A stretch of 61,501 nt of DNA from a virus (Duplodnaviria; Caudoviricetes): positions 1 through 61,501 of IMG/VR virus record IMGVR_UViG_3300028007_000002, one strand, 5' to 3'. The notes under the pieces were generated by a model. That model did not search any database. It was given only the letters and a program-made list of their open reading frames with translations, and was not told the origin of the DNA. Both the position numbers and the translations under genes were made by a program. This document shows, in pieces, positions 28,201 through 37,115 of the stretch (the stretch's first letter is position 1; each line of letters begins with the position of its first letter).

Positions 28201-29145
28201 ACGGCGCCGCTCTACGCGGGCGGTAGCTCCAATGTGAACTCCGGCCTCTATTTTCCGGGCATCGCTGAGGTCGGAGTCTCAGCAGACGGCACGGCGATCG
28301 CCCGCTTCACGGCTTCTGGCCTGACCGTCACCGGATCAACGACGGTCAGCGGCGGCCTGAATCTCGGCTCGGCGACGGGCGCGGCGGCCGGCGAGCTGAG
28401 AACGTCAGGCAATGCCACACTCAATGCCGAGTTGGTCTTCACGGGCACCTCGGCCACCTACGTGCGCCCGAGCGCGTTCACGTCGAACTATCAGTCGGTC
28501 TTCAAGAGCTACACGAACGCTGCTTTCTCCGACACCAACGGCGGTGGCGCAATCACCGTCCATGCCCTCGATACGGCAGGGTCGCCGGTCGCCGGCAACG
28601 GCTCGATCAACTTCTACGCCTACGGCCTCGGCTCGGCGGGGGAGTCGGGTGCCCACCGCTGGCGCACTCGGTCGGGGGCCGGCGCCTTTACCGAGCGGAT
28701 GCGCCTTTTCAGTGGCGGCGGGCTAGCAATCGGGACGATGACCGATCCAGGGGCCGGCGGGCTGTTCCTCTCGGGGAACACGGTGTTCGGGGCAGCGGCG
28801 GCTGGAGCGGGCAAAATTCGCCTGCCGAATAACCAGGGCATCTACTGGCGCAACGCGGCGAACAATGCCGATTTTGGGATTGTCTTCAACACGGACAACA
28901 ATTTCTCGTTCGGGGCGGGGATCGAGATGAACAATCAATCGATCTCCAACCTCAGCAGCCTCGTGACGGACACGACCAACGGGACGCGGATCGCCACCGC
29001 ATCGACCCAAAAGCTCGGGTTCTTCGGGGCGACGCCGGTCACTCAACCCACCGTGGCAGCGGCGGCCAGCGACCTGAACACGGTGATTACGCTGGCGAAT
29101 AGCCTCCGGACACTGGTTCGGGACCTTGGCTTGGCCTACTCCTAG
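25231..29145 (+). CDS. tail fibre/receptor-binding protein (1304 aa)
   Basis: Gly/Thr/Ala-rich; His motifs ARQDHRH, PRSDHVH, ARRDHTH, ARAAHTH; KLGFFGATP near the C-terminus. Confidence 0.8.
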   Translation: MAKADRLRRIEFTHATGRGTAAGGAVPALVSTVAGSTDAETVNGFRASGTPQPNTLLALGPDAKFPASVLPDATSSTPQNFPGGLRTAFMEVFRAEYGAGGSPWINAIDNWRGGGAKTGIRYEVLGTAGTDFALNSALMELWVNGASRFKVQQDGAVSAVSFNGLTGLASAVTTQAIGDAAVTGTSTLTARQDHRHAMPGFGSPAALAIGSASSNGTATTLPRSDHVHAMPAFATPTVTLGTAAAAGTATTLLRSDATIVAFDGTAPTTITPNAAAATGSVAFAARRDHTHAIATAAPGANSVSLAASTEGTGNNFARAAHTHQLDVSIAPTWTGLHTWSQVATFNNRLDISGANPLRLGGDWSLNRSAANVAVLGTGNALQSTTFVTGFEGKGWSIDANGRAEFQDAYIRGSLYATTFTYKEINALNGYFMVTNVSPLADDLTAGQTTIDIEDPVLRGNTTDGNSYVVLQLLGAIPTSGGGPLVVQREEMRITSYVGTVTATNGKTGYRYNVNRAQNNTTAYAWKKKTAVVEWGRIGGSAANKGGWVTLVGGSTDVEGPYVRVSHRYGDNPTDYRVRVHFGQMFGVLGETLTTRWGFAVGNDLGAGAPGSGATFLAYDNANGLRIQNADLSLYNGAAQTVGIQSSGRARFGSNIGAVSTTALLVSPAGETYNSEALAAGALLLGDNSAGKPNLLWDPVTARLRLRHGTSAGVQVGDLNGVYGYAAQTFGVGVGTDANSSANLTIDPTNGFRIIRRDGAGVRTSVGQWATDGSITVGQIKGGRSHVLITDTGDIKLRTSVTDTTHRDRISLSAAGVLTINNSAANAVFTFDSSSGAEFTLPLTLGSGGGIYQGTGSFASPTTGLKVWNDAGVGRIAGFNEGTIQWTADTDGKLKAGAGAVTLDSTGILMASSSGVANTLGFGLRSDSSLVGRIWAFRSTLSATDDDLSIRRTRHDNANYYTQITIREGVVRLWDNGAVFRDAHIQLANTATAPLYAGGSSNVNSGLYFPGIAEVGVSADGTAIARFTASGLTVTGSTTVSGGLNLGSATGAAAGELRTSGNATLNAELVFTGTSATYVRPSAFTSNYQSVFKSYTNAAFSDTNGGGAITVHALDTAGSPVAGNGSINFYAYGLGSAGESGAHRWRTRSGAGAFTERMRLFSGGGLAIGTMTDPGAGGLFLSGNTVFGAAAAGAGKIRLPNNQGIYWRNAANNADFGIVFNTDNNFSFGAGIEMNNQSISNLSSLVTDTTNGTRIATASTQKLGFFGATPVTQPTVAAAASDLNTVITLANSLRTLVRDLGLAYS

Positions 29146-29159
29146 GCGAAAGGATTTCG

Positions 29160-29486
29160 ATGGCGACGTACGACCAGATCCATACGGCGGCCAATCACAG
29201 CGGGGTCTTGAACCGGGTTCGGGTGGCGATCGTGGATGTGGCGATCGCTGTCCAGCAGGAAAACCCCACCACGCTCTATCACCGGGAGCGCGGAGATTTC
29301 GCCCGGTCGGTCCTGATGGACCCGGATACCTGGGTCCGCCGGCTGGTCTACGGGGTGGCGCTCGATACGACCGTGCAGGTGGTCGGGGCGAATGCCACGG
29401 ACGCCCAGATCAAAACCGCGGTCGCGGCGATGTGGAACGCCTACGCGGTGGTGACGATGCCCCCGGCGACTGGATCAACCGTCTAA
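29160..29486 (+). CDS. hypothetical protein, possible fibre chaperone
   Basis: AAGGA RBS; ATDAQIKTAVAAMWNA; follows fibre gene. Confidence 0.55.
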   Translation: MATYDQIHTAANHSGVLNRVRVAIVDVAIAVQQENPTTLYHRERGDFARSVLMDPDTWVRRLVYGVALDTTVQVVGANATDAQIKTAVAAMWNAYAVVTMPPATGSTV

Positions 29487-29514
29487 AATTCGAGAGGACA
29501 GAAAAGGAGTCGAG

Positions 29515-29916
29515 ATGTCGGATAACCACGCGCACGCGGCCGCCCCGGATGTCGAGTCCTATATCAAGCAGGCCCTCAAGGATCTGCCGGACGCGGCGGA
29601 TCTCGACCTGGCCAATGACACGGAATTGGGTATCCCGAGCGCCTACGAGGATGAGGTAATCGCCGGCGTGGGACTGGAGCATGCCGACAACCTGATCGTG
29701 ATGCGGTGGAAGATCCTCAACGCCAAACTCAACCACGAGGACGATGAGGTCAAAAAACTCGCCGCCGCCGAGATGGCCAGCCGGGCTATCCTCACCCGGA
29801 TTAAACGGGAGCGACCAGCGGCCTACGCGGTCATTCAATGGGCGCTGAAGAAACGCGCCGAGGCCAACACGAAATCACGGCGCGATGCCGACGCCGAGGT
29901 CAAGAAGGGCGTCTGA
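29515..29916 (+). CDS. hypothetical protein
   Basis: AAGGAG RBS. Confidence 0.55.
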   Translation: MSDNHAHAAAPDVESYIKQALKDLPDAADLDLANDTELGIPSAYEDEVIAGVGLEHADNLIVMRWKILNAKLNHEDDEVKKLAAAEMASRAILTRIKRERPAAYAVIQWALKKRAEANTKSRRDADAEVKKGV

Positions 29917-29988
29917 AACCTTCCATCATGACGCCGATGGGCCAGCTCCGGAGCTGACCTTGTTGTGTGCTCAGAAATCGAGATGAGG

Positions 29989-32004
29989 ATGAACAAGATC
30001 GGGATGGGGTTGCCCAATGGCCCCGGCTACCTGGATCTCGTGCGAGAGATCGAGTTCGGCGTGGTACTGGTGATCGACGCCGGCGCCTATGCGGATGAGC
30101 AGATCCGTCTGGTGCGTGAGTGGCATCCCCGGACGCGGATTGTGGTCCGCCGGATGGGGGGCCTCGGTACGCCACCGGATCGCCTGGCCCACGACTGTGC
30201 CCCGCGATTCGCCGACCTGAAGAACCGGTATGGCGTGGTCGATTGGTGTTTCTGGAATGAGCCCGATCGCCCCGAGGAGGGCGGCCATTCAGCCCAAGTG
30301 GTGGCCGACTTCGCGCGGGCCTTTGCGCCGGTTGCTCGTCAGGTGATGCCCGGCATCCGCCTGCACTGGGGGGCGTGGTCCGACGAGCAACGCTTCCAAG
30401 GGCTGGACCCGGACATCTGGCTACCGGTCATGCGCGAGTTCTACGACGTTCTCGACCTGCACGCCTACGGCCCCGGCTACGTGCGAACCTTCCTGCAATG
30501 GGCCGAGACCTTCCTACCGGACAAGCCTAACCTGATAACTGAGTTCAATCCGCGGCCGTTCGATGATGCCGAGCAGTATGTCGATGCTTACCGGACGGCC
30601 TATGAGTTCAGCCTGAATGAAGGAGTCTGCCCCTTCCTCCTTTTCTGGCACGGTGCCGAGACGATCTATGGCGACGCCCTCAACATCGCTGGCAGCTCGG
30701 CGAAGGAGGCCGCTATCCGGCGCGCTGCCGCCGAGCTTCCTACGCTCACCCCTGAGCCTCCCACACACGCCCCCGAACTCCCAACAGATGCGCCCGTGGA
30801 GGTGCCCATCATGCCCCTAACGCCCGACTGGATCAGCCGCAACATGACCGCTGAGGAGCGGTGGCGACATTATCAGCCGCGCGTCTGGCACTACGCCGGG
30901 CTCCACGGCGTCAACGCTGACCTCGCCACCGATCTGATCTGGCAGGAATCGCGGTTTGACCCATTGGCTCGGAGCAGCGCTGGCGCACTCGGTCTCATGC
31001 AGCTGATGCCCAAGACGGCCGAGAGCCTGGGTGTCAGTGACCCGCTAGACCCCGAGCAGAACCTCGACGGCGGGATGCGGTTTCTGAGTTGGTGTCTCCG
31101 GGAGTTTCCCGGCAACGCCGAGGCCGGGGTAGCAGCCTACAATGCCGGCGTCACTGGGGTCCGAACCTGGATCAAACAGCATCCCGGCAACTGGCGCTTG
31201 GCGCTGGTCACCCACCGGGGCGACTGGCCGGCCAAGTGGGGCGGCGCGGCCAAGGCCGATCAGGTCGCCACCTACCTCGACAAGATCCTTGGGCCGATGC
31301 AGTTGGCGCCGACACCAGCCACAGTCCTCGACGGCGTCATTGATCTCCGCGGCCAGCTCCCAGTCCTCGGCTGGGGCGAACACTACGTCCGGGGTTCAAT
31401 GGACGATGTCGAGGCGGTGACCTACCACTACACGGCGTCGAATCCGGGCGGATCCGTCCGATCCATTGCCGAGTATCAGGTCTCGGCAGCCGCGGCCGGC
31501 CAGACCGGGATTAAGGGACAGCCGTTCCCGGGAATCGCCTACACGATTGTCGTGAAGGGCGAGGGATCCCCACACCTGTGCTGGGATCCGGAGGTGGTGA
31601 CCTGGCATGCGCCGGGCTGGAATCGGAAGAGCCGGGCGGTCTGTTTTATCGGCAACGGCGCGCCGAATGCCGACCAGATTCGAGGGATGGCCCGCGCCCA
31701 TATCTACCTCGAACGCTACAAGGGCGCCGAGCTGGGCGTCCGTGGCCACTCCGACGATTACAACACACCCTGCCCCGGCGGGTGGCCGCGATTCAAGGCC
31801 CAACTCGTGGCCGCCATCGAGGAGCTGAGGGTGTCAGACCGCGAGGCGAAGATTCCCCCGAATGTTCCGATGTCTGAGTTGGAGCCGCTCGATGCGATCT
31901 TCGCGCTGGCCGGCGACATCTACAACGGCGCCAGCGACCGGCCCGATCTGCAGGAGGCCGCCCTGGAGATCCACCGACAGGTGGACCGGCTCAAAGCGAG
32001 TTAG
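29989..32004 (+). CDS. modular endolysin: glycoside hydrolase-like, lytic transglycosylase (SLT) and amidase_2/PGRP domains
   Basis: WNEP...DLHAY...ITEF; QESRFDP...GALGLMQLMP...AAYNAG; YHYTA...WHAPGWN...GH...TPCPG. Confidence 0.85.
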   Translation: MNKIGMGLPNGPGYLDLVREIEFGVVLVIDAGAYADEQIRLVREWHPRTRIVVRRMGGLGTPPDRLAHDCAPRFADLKNRYGVVDWCFWNEPDRPEEGGHSAQVVADFARAFAPVARQVMPGIRLHWGAWSDEQRFQGLDPDIWLPVMREFYDVLDLHAYGPGYVRTFLQWAETFLPDKPNLITEFNPRPFDDAEQYVDAYRTAYEFSLNEGVCPFLLFWHGAETIYGDALNIAGSSAKEAAIRRAAAELPTLTPEPPTHAPELPTDAPVEVPIMPLTPDWISRNMTAEERWRHYQPRVWHYAGLHGVNADLATDLIWQESRFDPLARSSAGALGLMQLMPKTAESLGVSDPLDPEQNLDGGMRFLSWCLREFPGNAEAGVAAYNAGVTGVRTWIKQHPGNWRLALVTHRGDWPAKWGGAAKADQVATYLDKILGPMQLAPTPATVLDGVIDLRGQLPVLGWGEHYVRGSMDDVEAVTYHYTASNPGGSVRSIAEYQVSAAAAGQTGIKGQPFPGIAYTIVVKGEGSPHLCWDPEVVTWHAPGWNRKSRAVCFIGNGAPNADQIRGMARAHIYLERYKGAELGVRGHSDDYNTPCPGGWPRFKAQLVAAIEELRVSDREAKIPPNVPMSELEPLDAIFALAGDIYNGASDRPDLQEAALEIHRQVDRLKAS

Positions 32005-32055
32005 GCGGAACCAGCCATTTTGACGCGACAGGACCTGGGGGCGTCGGTTTAATTG

Positions 32056-32268
32056 TCACACTAAGTCAACGCTCCCAGGCGCCGCACGAGCCCGACCACT
32101 GAAGGTCGGGCTCTTTTTTTGTGCCTCACGCAAGAGGATCACGAGCTGGGCATTCAAACTCCTCAGCTCATGGCCCGCCAAGCTCACCAGCCAGTCATGC
32201 AGATCGGGCGGGAGTCGCACGGTTAGCCGGACCGACTCATCGCCTTGGGGTGTTCTGAATTGCGCCAT
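32056..32268 (-). CDS. Arc-family ribbon-helix-helix regulator
   Basis: VRLTVRLPPDLHDWL...RSLNAQLVILL. Confidence 0.8.
   Translation of the reverse strand: MAQFRTPQGDESVRLTVRLPPDLHDWLVSLAGHELRSLNAQLVILLREAQKKSPTFSGRARAAPGSVDLV
32088..32120 (+). terminator. rho-independent terminator ending the late operon
   Basis: GAGCCCGACC-ACTGAA-GGTCGGGCTC followed by T7. Confidence 0.85.
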
Positions 32269-32287
32269 GCGCCATTATAGCACCGTG

Positions 32288-32316
32288 TTGACACCACTGG
32301 CGATAGGCACTATAAT
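32288..32316 (+). promoter_or_regulatory. consensus sigma70 promoter (early)
   Basis: TTGACA-N17-TATAAT, exact consensus. Confidence 0.85.
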
Positions 32317-32361
32317 GACACTATAACCAGCGCGGCCCGCGCTGACTACTAGGGAGGCAGG

Positions 32362-32529
32362 ATGGCCCGCACACTTGTCCAACAATCGTGGATTGACGCG
32401 ACCGAGGTGGACTTCGAGGTCTGCCCCGGCTGCGAGGGGTGCGACGAGTGCGTCGGCCACCCCGTAGATTGCACGGGATGCGACGCCTGCATCCCGTTCG
32501 CGTCCCTGGTCCGGCGGGAGGTGGCCTAA
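32362..32529 (+). CDS. Cys-rich mini-protein (55 aa, not in ORF track)
   Basis: GGGAGG RBS; CPGCEGCDEC...CTGCDAC. Confidence 0.6.
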   Translation: MARTLVQQSWIDATEVDFEVCPGCEGCDECVGHPVDCTGCDACIPFASLVRREVA

Positions 32530-33239
32530 TGGTCACTTTCGCGAAAGTCACCAACTACGACAACTCCCAGGCGCAGCGGCCGCTGCCCTGGGAGGGAGTC
32601 TCAGCCTGGGCTTGCTGGGACTCCGACGCCGTCATCCGGCTCGGGGAGTTCTACCCCGATCTGGTGATCGGGGAAATCGCCCAGCCGGCCGGAACGGTGG
32701 CCTGGGCCCTCCGGTTCTCGGAAGCAGACAACTACGTCTGCCACGAAACGGAGGACCTGCACCTCCGGCCGATCCCCGAGAGGTTCGACGCCGACCGGCA
32801 CTGGATCAAGGTGCCGGCGGCCGGCAGCCTCGGGACCTGCCCCTGCGGCTGCGGGGCACTGGAGGACATCTGCCCTCCGGTGGTCGCGGAGTGGCAGGTC
32901 CTGTTCGTGGCTCCTGAGGAGTCGCGGCGCCTGGAGCGCTTCCTCCTGCTTTCGTGGCAGGGGGACGGGCTCCACGCCCTCCGCGACCGGATCCGGACGG
33001 CCTTAGAACCGGTCGTCGGGACGGATTACTCCGATCTCGACATCAACGTGGAGTGGGTGGACGCCGATACCGCCCACTTCACGGTCGACGGGGGGCGACA
33101 GACCGGCGCCCCCCGTTACGAGCCACTGGTGACAGTGGCCGTCAGCCTAACCAGTTCCGCAGTCAGGCTGGTGGACTTCGCTGACAGCGAGTTCGCCAGC
33201 GCTGCACTGCCACTAGTGGCAGAATACTTCGCCCAATAA
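32529..33239 (+). CDS. hypothetical protein
   Basis: GGAGG RBS, TAATG coupling; CPCGCG. Confidence 0.6.
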   Translation: MVTFAKVTNYDNSQAQRPLPWEGVSAWACWDSDAVIRLGEFYPDLVIGEIAQPAGTVAWALRFSEADNYVCHETEDLHLRPIPERFDADRHWIKVPAAGSLGTCPCGCGALEDICPPVVAEWQVLFVAPEESRRLERFLLLSWQGDGLHALRDRIRTALEPVVGTDYSDLDINVEWVDADTAHFTVDGGRQTGAPRYEPLVTVAVSLTSSAVRLVDFADSEFASAALPLVAEYFAQ

Positions 33240-33251
33240 AGGAGGGACACC

Positions 33252-33800
33252 GTGGAAGCTCGGCTCATCAACCTGACACCCCACGCCGTGACGATCGTCA
33301 CGGCGGAAGGGGAGATCACAGTTCCGCCGTACGGGAGGACCATACGGCGGGAGGAGACGCGGGAGACGGTCGATACCGCCCACTCGGGCGGTATCGACAT
33401 CCCGATCACCCGCGTGACCCTCAGGGGGCTGGATGAGTGGGATCTCATCCTCCCGTCCGAAAACATGGTGCCCTGCGAGTGCGGGCACTTCTCGTACGAT
33501 CACGAGGATACAGAAGACTGTATTTATCGTGAGGATTGCGGCTGTCTGGGTTTTTTACCAGACAGCCAGTGTGAGTGCGGGCACCACGCCCGCACTCACG
33601 AGTACGCCATGGTGGACTGCCGTGAGTGCGGCTGTCGGCGGGTCAAAGACCGCCGACAGACACTCCTGATCGTGTCCCGCCTGGTGGCAGAGGCCTGCCC
33701 CGAGCGGGACGACCTGGTCGTTCCAGACGATACGGTCCGTGACGACGCGGGCCGGATCATTGGCTGTCGGGCGCTGGCCCGGGTGGGGCGCGCGCTGTGA
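33252..33800 (+). CDS. conserved phage protein (NLTPH...RDxxGRIIGC type) with Cys/His-rich insert
   Basis: LINLTPHAVTI...PDDTVRDDAGRIIGCRAL; CECGH x2; AAGGAGG RBS. Confidence 0.65.
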   Translation: MEARLINLTPHAVTIVTAEGEITVPPYGRTIRREETRETVDTAHSGGIDIPITRVTLRGLDEWDLILPSENMVPCECGHFSYDHEDTEDCIYREDCGCLGFLPDSQCECGHHARTHEYAMVDCRECGCRRVKDRRQTLLIVSRLVAEACPERDDLVVPDDTVRDDAGRIIGCRALARVGRAL

Positions 33801-34033
33801 CGCGCGTCCGCCATTGGCACCTCTGCCGGGTGAGTTTCGATCCCGTGGGAGCCGTAACTCACCCCACCCAGCGCGAGGCCGACGCCACGGCCTCTGCTTA
33901 TCTCCGGCGCCGGCTCAACCGCGAGTTTGCCGAGCGGTTGATCGCCCAACTGCCCGGCAACTCGGTCCAGTTGGGCGAGGAAGATTATCTGGCGGTTCGG
34001 CCCTGCGCCGGCCGCTGCGAGGTGTTGTCATGA
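33797..34033 (+). CDS. hypothetical protein
   Basis: 4-nt overlaps at both ends. Confidence 0.5.
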   Translation: MTRVRHWHLCRVSFDPVGAVTHPTQREADATASAYLRRRLNREFAERLIAQLPGNSVQLGEEDYLAVRPCAGRCEVLS

Positions 34034-34281
34034 CGGACGCCCTAGCCGCGGAACTGGCCGAAGCCCTGACCAGCCTCCTCCGCACAATCCAGCCGGTCAC
34101 CCGTCCGGGCAAGACGGACCGGCAGGGCCGGCGGAGCAAGATCGCCACCTGCTCCGTCTGCCGGGACGGCGAGTGGCTCGCTTGGCCGCCGGATCTGGCC
34201 GAGCCCGAGTCCCACGCGCCGTGGTGCGCGATCGGGCGGGCTCGCGAGGCGCTGGAGCGGGTCCGCGATCAATCCACCTAA
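34030..34281 (+). CDS. hypothetical protein with CxxC...HxxxC motif
   Basis: CSVC...HAPWC. Confidence 0.5.
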   Translation: MTDALAAELAEALTSLLRTIQPVTRPGKTDRQGRRSKIATCSVCRDGEWLAWPPDLAEPESHAPWCAIGRAREALERVRDQST

Positions 34282-34292
34282 CCGCTTAATTC

Positions 34293-34326
34293 AGGTGTTG
34301 ACACCTGTCAACACCTATGGTAGACT
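34293..34326 (+). promoter_or_regulatory. sigma70 promoter with an operator-like inverted repeat over the -35
   Basis: TTGACA-N17-TAGACT; AGGTGTTGACA-CC-TGTCAACACCT. Confidence 0.8.
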
Positions 34327-34372
34327 AAAGGTGTAAGGCCGGACGGACCGGCCGCACCGAAGGAGAGAGGCG

Positions 34373-34618
34373 ATGACCACTTCGACCCGCGCCATCCGGA
34401 ACATGTCCGGCGGCGAGGCTTGGGAGAGCTTCGTCGGCCGGCAGAGTGTAGACGAGTTCACCTCGGCCTACGCCGAGATGGGCATCTCGGACGTGGCCGA
34501 GATGGTCGGCGATTACGTCGCCGACCTGAACCGAGCGTCCAGTCACACCCACTCCGATGAGGAGTTGGGCGTGATCGCCGAGAAGCTGGCGGAGTACATC
34601 CGCCGCCAGCGCGCCTAA
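34373..34618 (+). CDS. hypothetical protein
   Basis: AAGGAG/GAGG upstream; first gene after promoter. Confidence 0.55.
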   Translation: MTTSTRAIRNMSGGEAWESFVGRQSVDEFTSAYAEMGISDVAEMVGDYVADLNRASSHTHSDEELGVIAEKLAEYIRRQRA

Positions 34619-34677
34619 ACCACCCGCCTGCCGGGTGAGCCACCGCCCGGCAGGGCATCAGCCAACGGAGAGAGAAA

Positions 34678-34986
34678 ATGAGCACGACCTATTTCCACGT
34701 CGCCGACAGATCCTACAAACCCGGCGAGGATCTGTTTTGTTGGGACGAACTGGAGCGTCTCGGCTGTGCGCCAGAGTGGAAATGGGAAGAGGCCGACATT
34801 GGATTCGACGGCGACGTGGTTTGTCTCTTCGAGTCGCTGGATCAGGCGCGGGAGTTTCAGGCCGTCCATAACCCGGACGGAATTATCCTCCGGGTCGAGT
34901 TGCCCGATCCCGCGCCGGTCCGTGTCGAAGAGGGCTATCCGGCCGTTTATGGTCGGATCCCGGCAGCCTATATCCGTCCGGCGTGA
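34678..34986 (+). CDS. hypothetical acidic protein
   Basis: GGAG RBS; starts YFHV, ends IPAAYI. Confidence 0.55.
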   Translation: MSTTYFHVADRSYKPGEDLFCWDELERLGCAPEWKWEEADIGFDGDVVCLFESLDQAREFQAVHNPDGIILRVELPDPAPVRVEEGYPAVYGRIPAAYIRPA

Positions 34987-35020
34987 CCACCGCGCCGGGC
35001 CAGCAATCGAGGAGAGAGAC

Positions 35021-35227
35021 GTGAGTACGACACTCGACATCATCGCGGAGCGCACCACCGGTACCCGGACAATCGCCGGCACCGACTGGCCGATCATCGA
35101 TCGTGTTTGGCGGAACGGTCCGCGCTCGTGGATCTACGTGCGCGGGCTGTGCAACGGTATTCCGGCTGCAAGCTCGGAGTACCGGACCAAGCGCGAGGCG
35201 CTCGAAGCCTACGAGTGGGACGAATAA
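35021..35227 (+). CDS. hypothetical protein
   Basis: GAGGAG then GTG 35021; ends YRTKREAL. Confidence 0.5.
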   Translation: MSTTLDIIAERTTGTRTIAGTDWPIIDRVWRNGPRSWIYVRGLCNGIPAASSEYRTKREALEAYEWDE

Positions 35228-35302
35228 GCCCAATCGTCCGGCGTGGTGACTCACGCCGGACAACTCGCTTGAAGGCGTCTCGGCTCTGGACGAGGGAAGA
35301 AA

Positions 35303-36301
35303 ATGAAAATCCTTATGATTACGCACGACTGCCAGCGGGCCGCCGCTGGCTCCATCACGGAGCGGCGTTGCGAACGCTGCTCCGCGGAGTGGGCTGAGGT
35401 ACGGGAACTCCCGTACCAAATCCCACAAAACCGGTGGCCCAAAATCTGGGACGCGGTGGTTGTTCGGGCCGGCACGAGTCGAACCGGCCTTCACGAAGCC
35501 ACCATTCGGCCGGAGGCCGGGTTCCTGCCCACTCGGCCAACACGGGATCCGGCGCGGGCCGCCGCATCCGTTCTGCCCGGCCCAATTGAATTGGTGCCGA
35601 CCGAATTCGCCGACCGTCCATGGGCCACATGGACGGTTGACGAACCGTTCAAGCACATCGTGGCCGCCGTTCCAGCCGGCGGCCAGAGTCCCCACAAACC
35701 GGAGATCAAGCCCACACTTGAGTGTGGACTCTGCTACCGGGATCGGCTGGAGGCGACCGGCCTCCGGCAGGGCCACCTGTTTGTGGCCCTCCTCCACACC
35801 AACCTTTGCCACCGCCTCTCGGCGGACGGGCAGTATTGCTTCACGCCGTCCGTGGAGCACCCTGTCCCGTGCCAGCGTTGCAGTCGCTGGCCGTGGGATC
35901 ATCCCGCACCCACGCGGGACGGGGAAATCCACGGTTACGTCCCAGCGGGCGGGAAGCCGTTGTCAGCGCTCGCCCACACCTTCGAGGGTCATTACAGCCC
36001 TCGAATCCGAAGCCCTCACCAGGAGGGCGCATCGAGGCTCTATTTTGAGCCTCAATACGACAAGATTGACCCAGAGGATCGGGGCGCCGTCTGGCGGGAC
36101 GGAGACACCATCCGGATATTCAACCACAGAATTGCTCCCGCCCAGGAGGTTGAGGTTACCTGGCGCGGGAACATCGGGACCATATCCGCCAAGGCGGATG
36201 TCCTGGTGACGAGTCCCGATCACCCAGACGAGACCCTTCGTCTGGGTGACGGGACCTACGAATGGTACCACCCCTGGCCGTCACGGGACGGCCGGGATTA
36301 G
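35303..36301 (+). CDS. hypothetical protein with several CxxC motifs
   Basis: CERC, CGLC, CQRC; C-terminal TSPDH...L..G.Y. Confidence 0.6.
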   Translation: MKILMITHDCQRAAAGSITERRCERCSAEWAEVRELPYQIPQNRWPKIWDAVVVRAGTSRTGLHEATIRPEAGFLPTRPTRDPARAAASVLPGPIELVPTEFADRPWATWTVDEPFKHIVAAVPAGGQSPHKPEIKPTLECGLCYRDRLEATGLRQGHLFVALLHTNLCHRLSADGQYCFTPSVEHPVPCQRCSRWPWDHPAPTRDGEIHGYVPAGGKPLSALAHTFEGHYSPRIRSPHQEGASRLYFEPQYDKIDPEDRGAVWRDGDTIRIFNHRIAPAQEVEVTWRGNIGTISAKADVLVTSPDHPDETLRLGDGTYEWYHPWPSRDGRD

Positions 36302-36311
36302 GAGGGCTGAG

Positions 36312-36605
36312 GTGGACTACGAACGAAAGTATTTCGTGCAATTCTATCTAGGTTCCGGCCGGCCCACCGGCCATGTCTGCCGGAACCATCACGTCGTTGT
36401 CCCGGTGCCCGGCTGGACGGTCGGCGGCTACGAGGGCCGGGGCGATTCAGGCAAGACCCTCTGTGTCCACAATGACACGGAGGGATCTCTCTGGACAGCC
36501 GCCGACGTGGAAGCGGATTTCGAGTCCGCTTTCTACGCCGGGGAGCATGACGCGGGCTTCCACGAGCGGGAGGCCCGGCCCAATTGCCCAAATTGCTCCA
36601 GCTAA
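36312..36605 (+). CDS. hypothetical protein
   Basis: AGGAGG/GAGG upstream of GTG; ends CPNC. Confidence 0.5.
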   Translation: MDYERKYFVQFYLGSGRPTGHVCRNHHVVVPVPGWTVGGYEGRGDSGKTLCVHNDTEGSLWTAADVEADFESAFYAGEHDAGFHEREARPNCPNCSS

Positions 36606-36609
36606 CCCA

Positions 36610-36651
36610 CCCAAAAGCCCGGACGGTGTGGCAACCGTCCGGGCTTTTGGG
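36610..36651. terminator. hairpin, likely bidirectional terminator
   Basis: CCCAAAAGCCCGGACGGT/ACCGTCCGGGCTTTTGGG, 18-bp stem. Confidence 0.75.
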
Positions 36652-36659
36652 CGTCCACC

Positions 36660-37115
36660 GTGGACGCGGAGGGAGACAATTTGTCTGAGGCAAAGCGTCC
36701 GAGCCGCCCTTGGCCGTCGCTTGAGGAGCGGCTCTGGCGGCAGGTCGATCGGACGGGTGACTGCTGGCTCTGGACGGGTAACGCCAGCCTCGGCGGCTAC
36801 GGCTCAATCGGCGTTTCTCCCGAGCGACGGCGCGAACTCGTTCACCGGGTTGTCTGGGAACTGACCCATGGCCCAATCCCGGAAGACCGGCACGTCTCTC
36901 GCCTCTGCGGCCAGAAACTCTGTGTCCGCCCATCTCACCTGCAACTCAGCGCAACGGCTCCGGAGCCGCCCCGGCCACGGCTCACGGCAAAGGAGAGGGT
37001 AAAAATCCGCGCCGCCCTGGCCTCGGGCAAAACGCACCGAGAATTTGCCAACCGATTCCATGTCAGCGCAGCGACGATTGGGCGTATTGCCCGGAGAGTT
37101 GAAAATGGACACTGA
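36660..37115 (+). CDS. HNH-like protein with degenerate motif and C-terminal HTH
   Basis: VDRTGDCWLWTG...GYG...VHRVVWEL.HGPIP...VSRLCGQKLCVRPSHL. Confidence 0.7.
   Translation: MDAEGDNLSEAKRPSRPWPSLEERLWRQVDRTGDCWLWTGNASLGGYGSIGVSPERRRELVHRVVWELTHGPIPEDRHVSRLCGQKLCVRPSHLQLSATAPEPPRPRLTAKERVKIRAALASGKTHREFANRFHVSAATIGRIARRVENGH

Noticed and set aside
25231-29145. Diversity-generating retroelement or invertible fibre cassette
   Set aside because: No reverse transcriptase, template/variable repeat pair or inverted fibre copy was seen.
36660-37115. Active homing endonuclease
   Set aside because: The positions normally holding His and Asn read VSRLC...CVRP, so it is probably inactive; low novelty.
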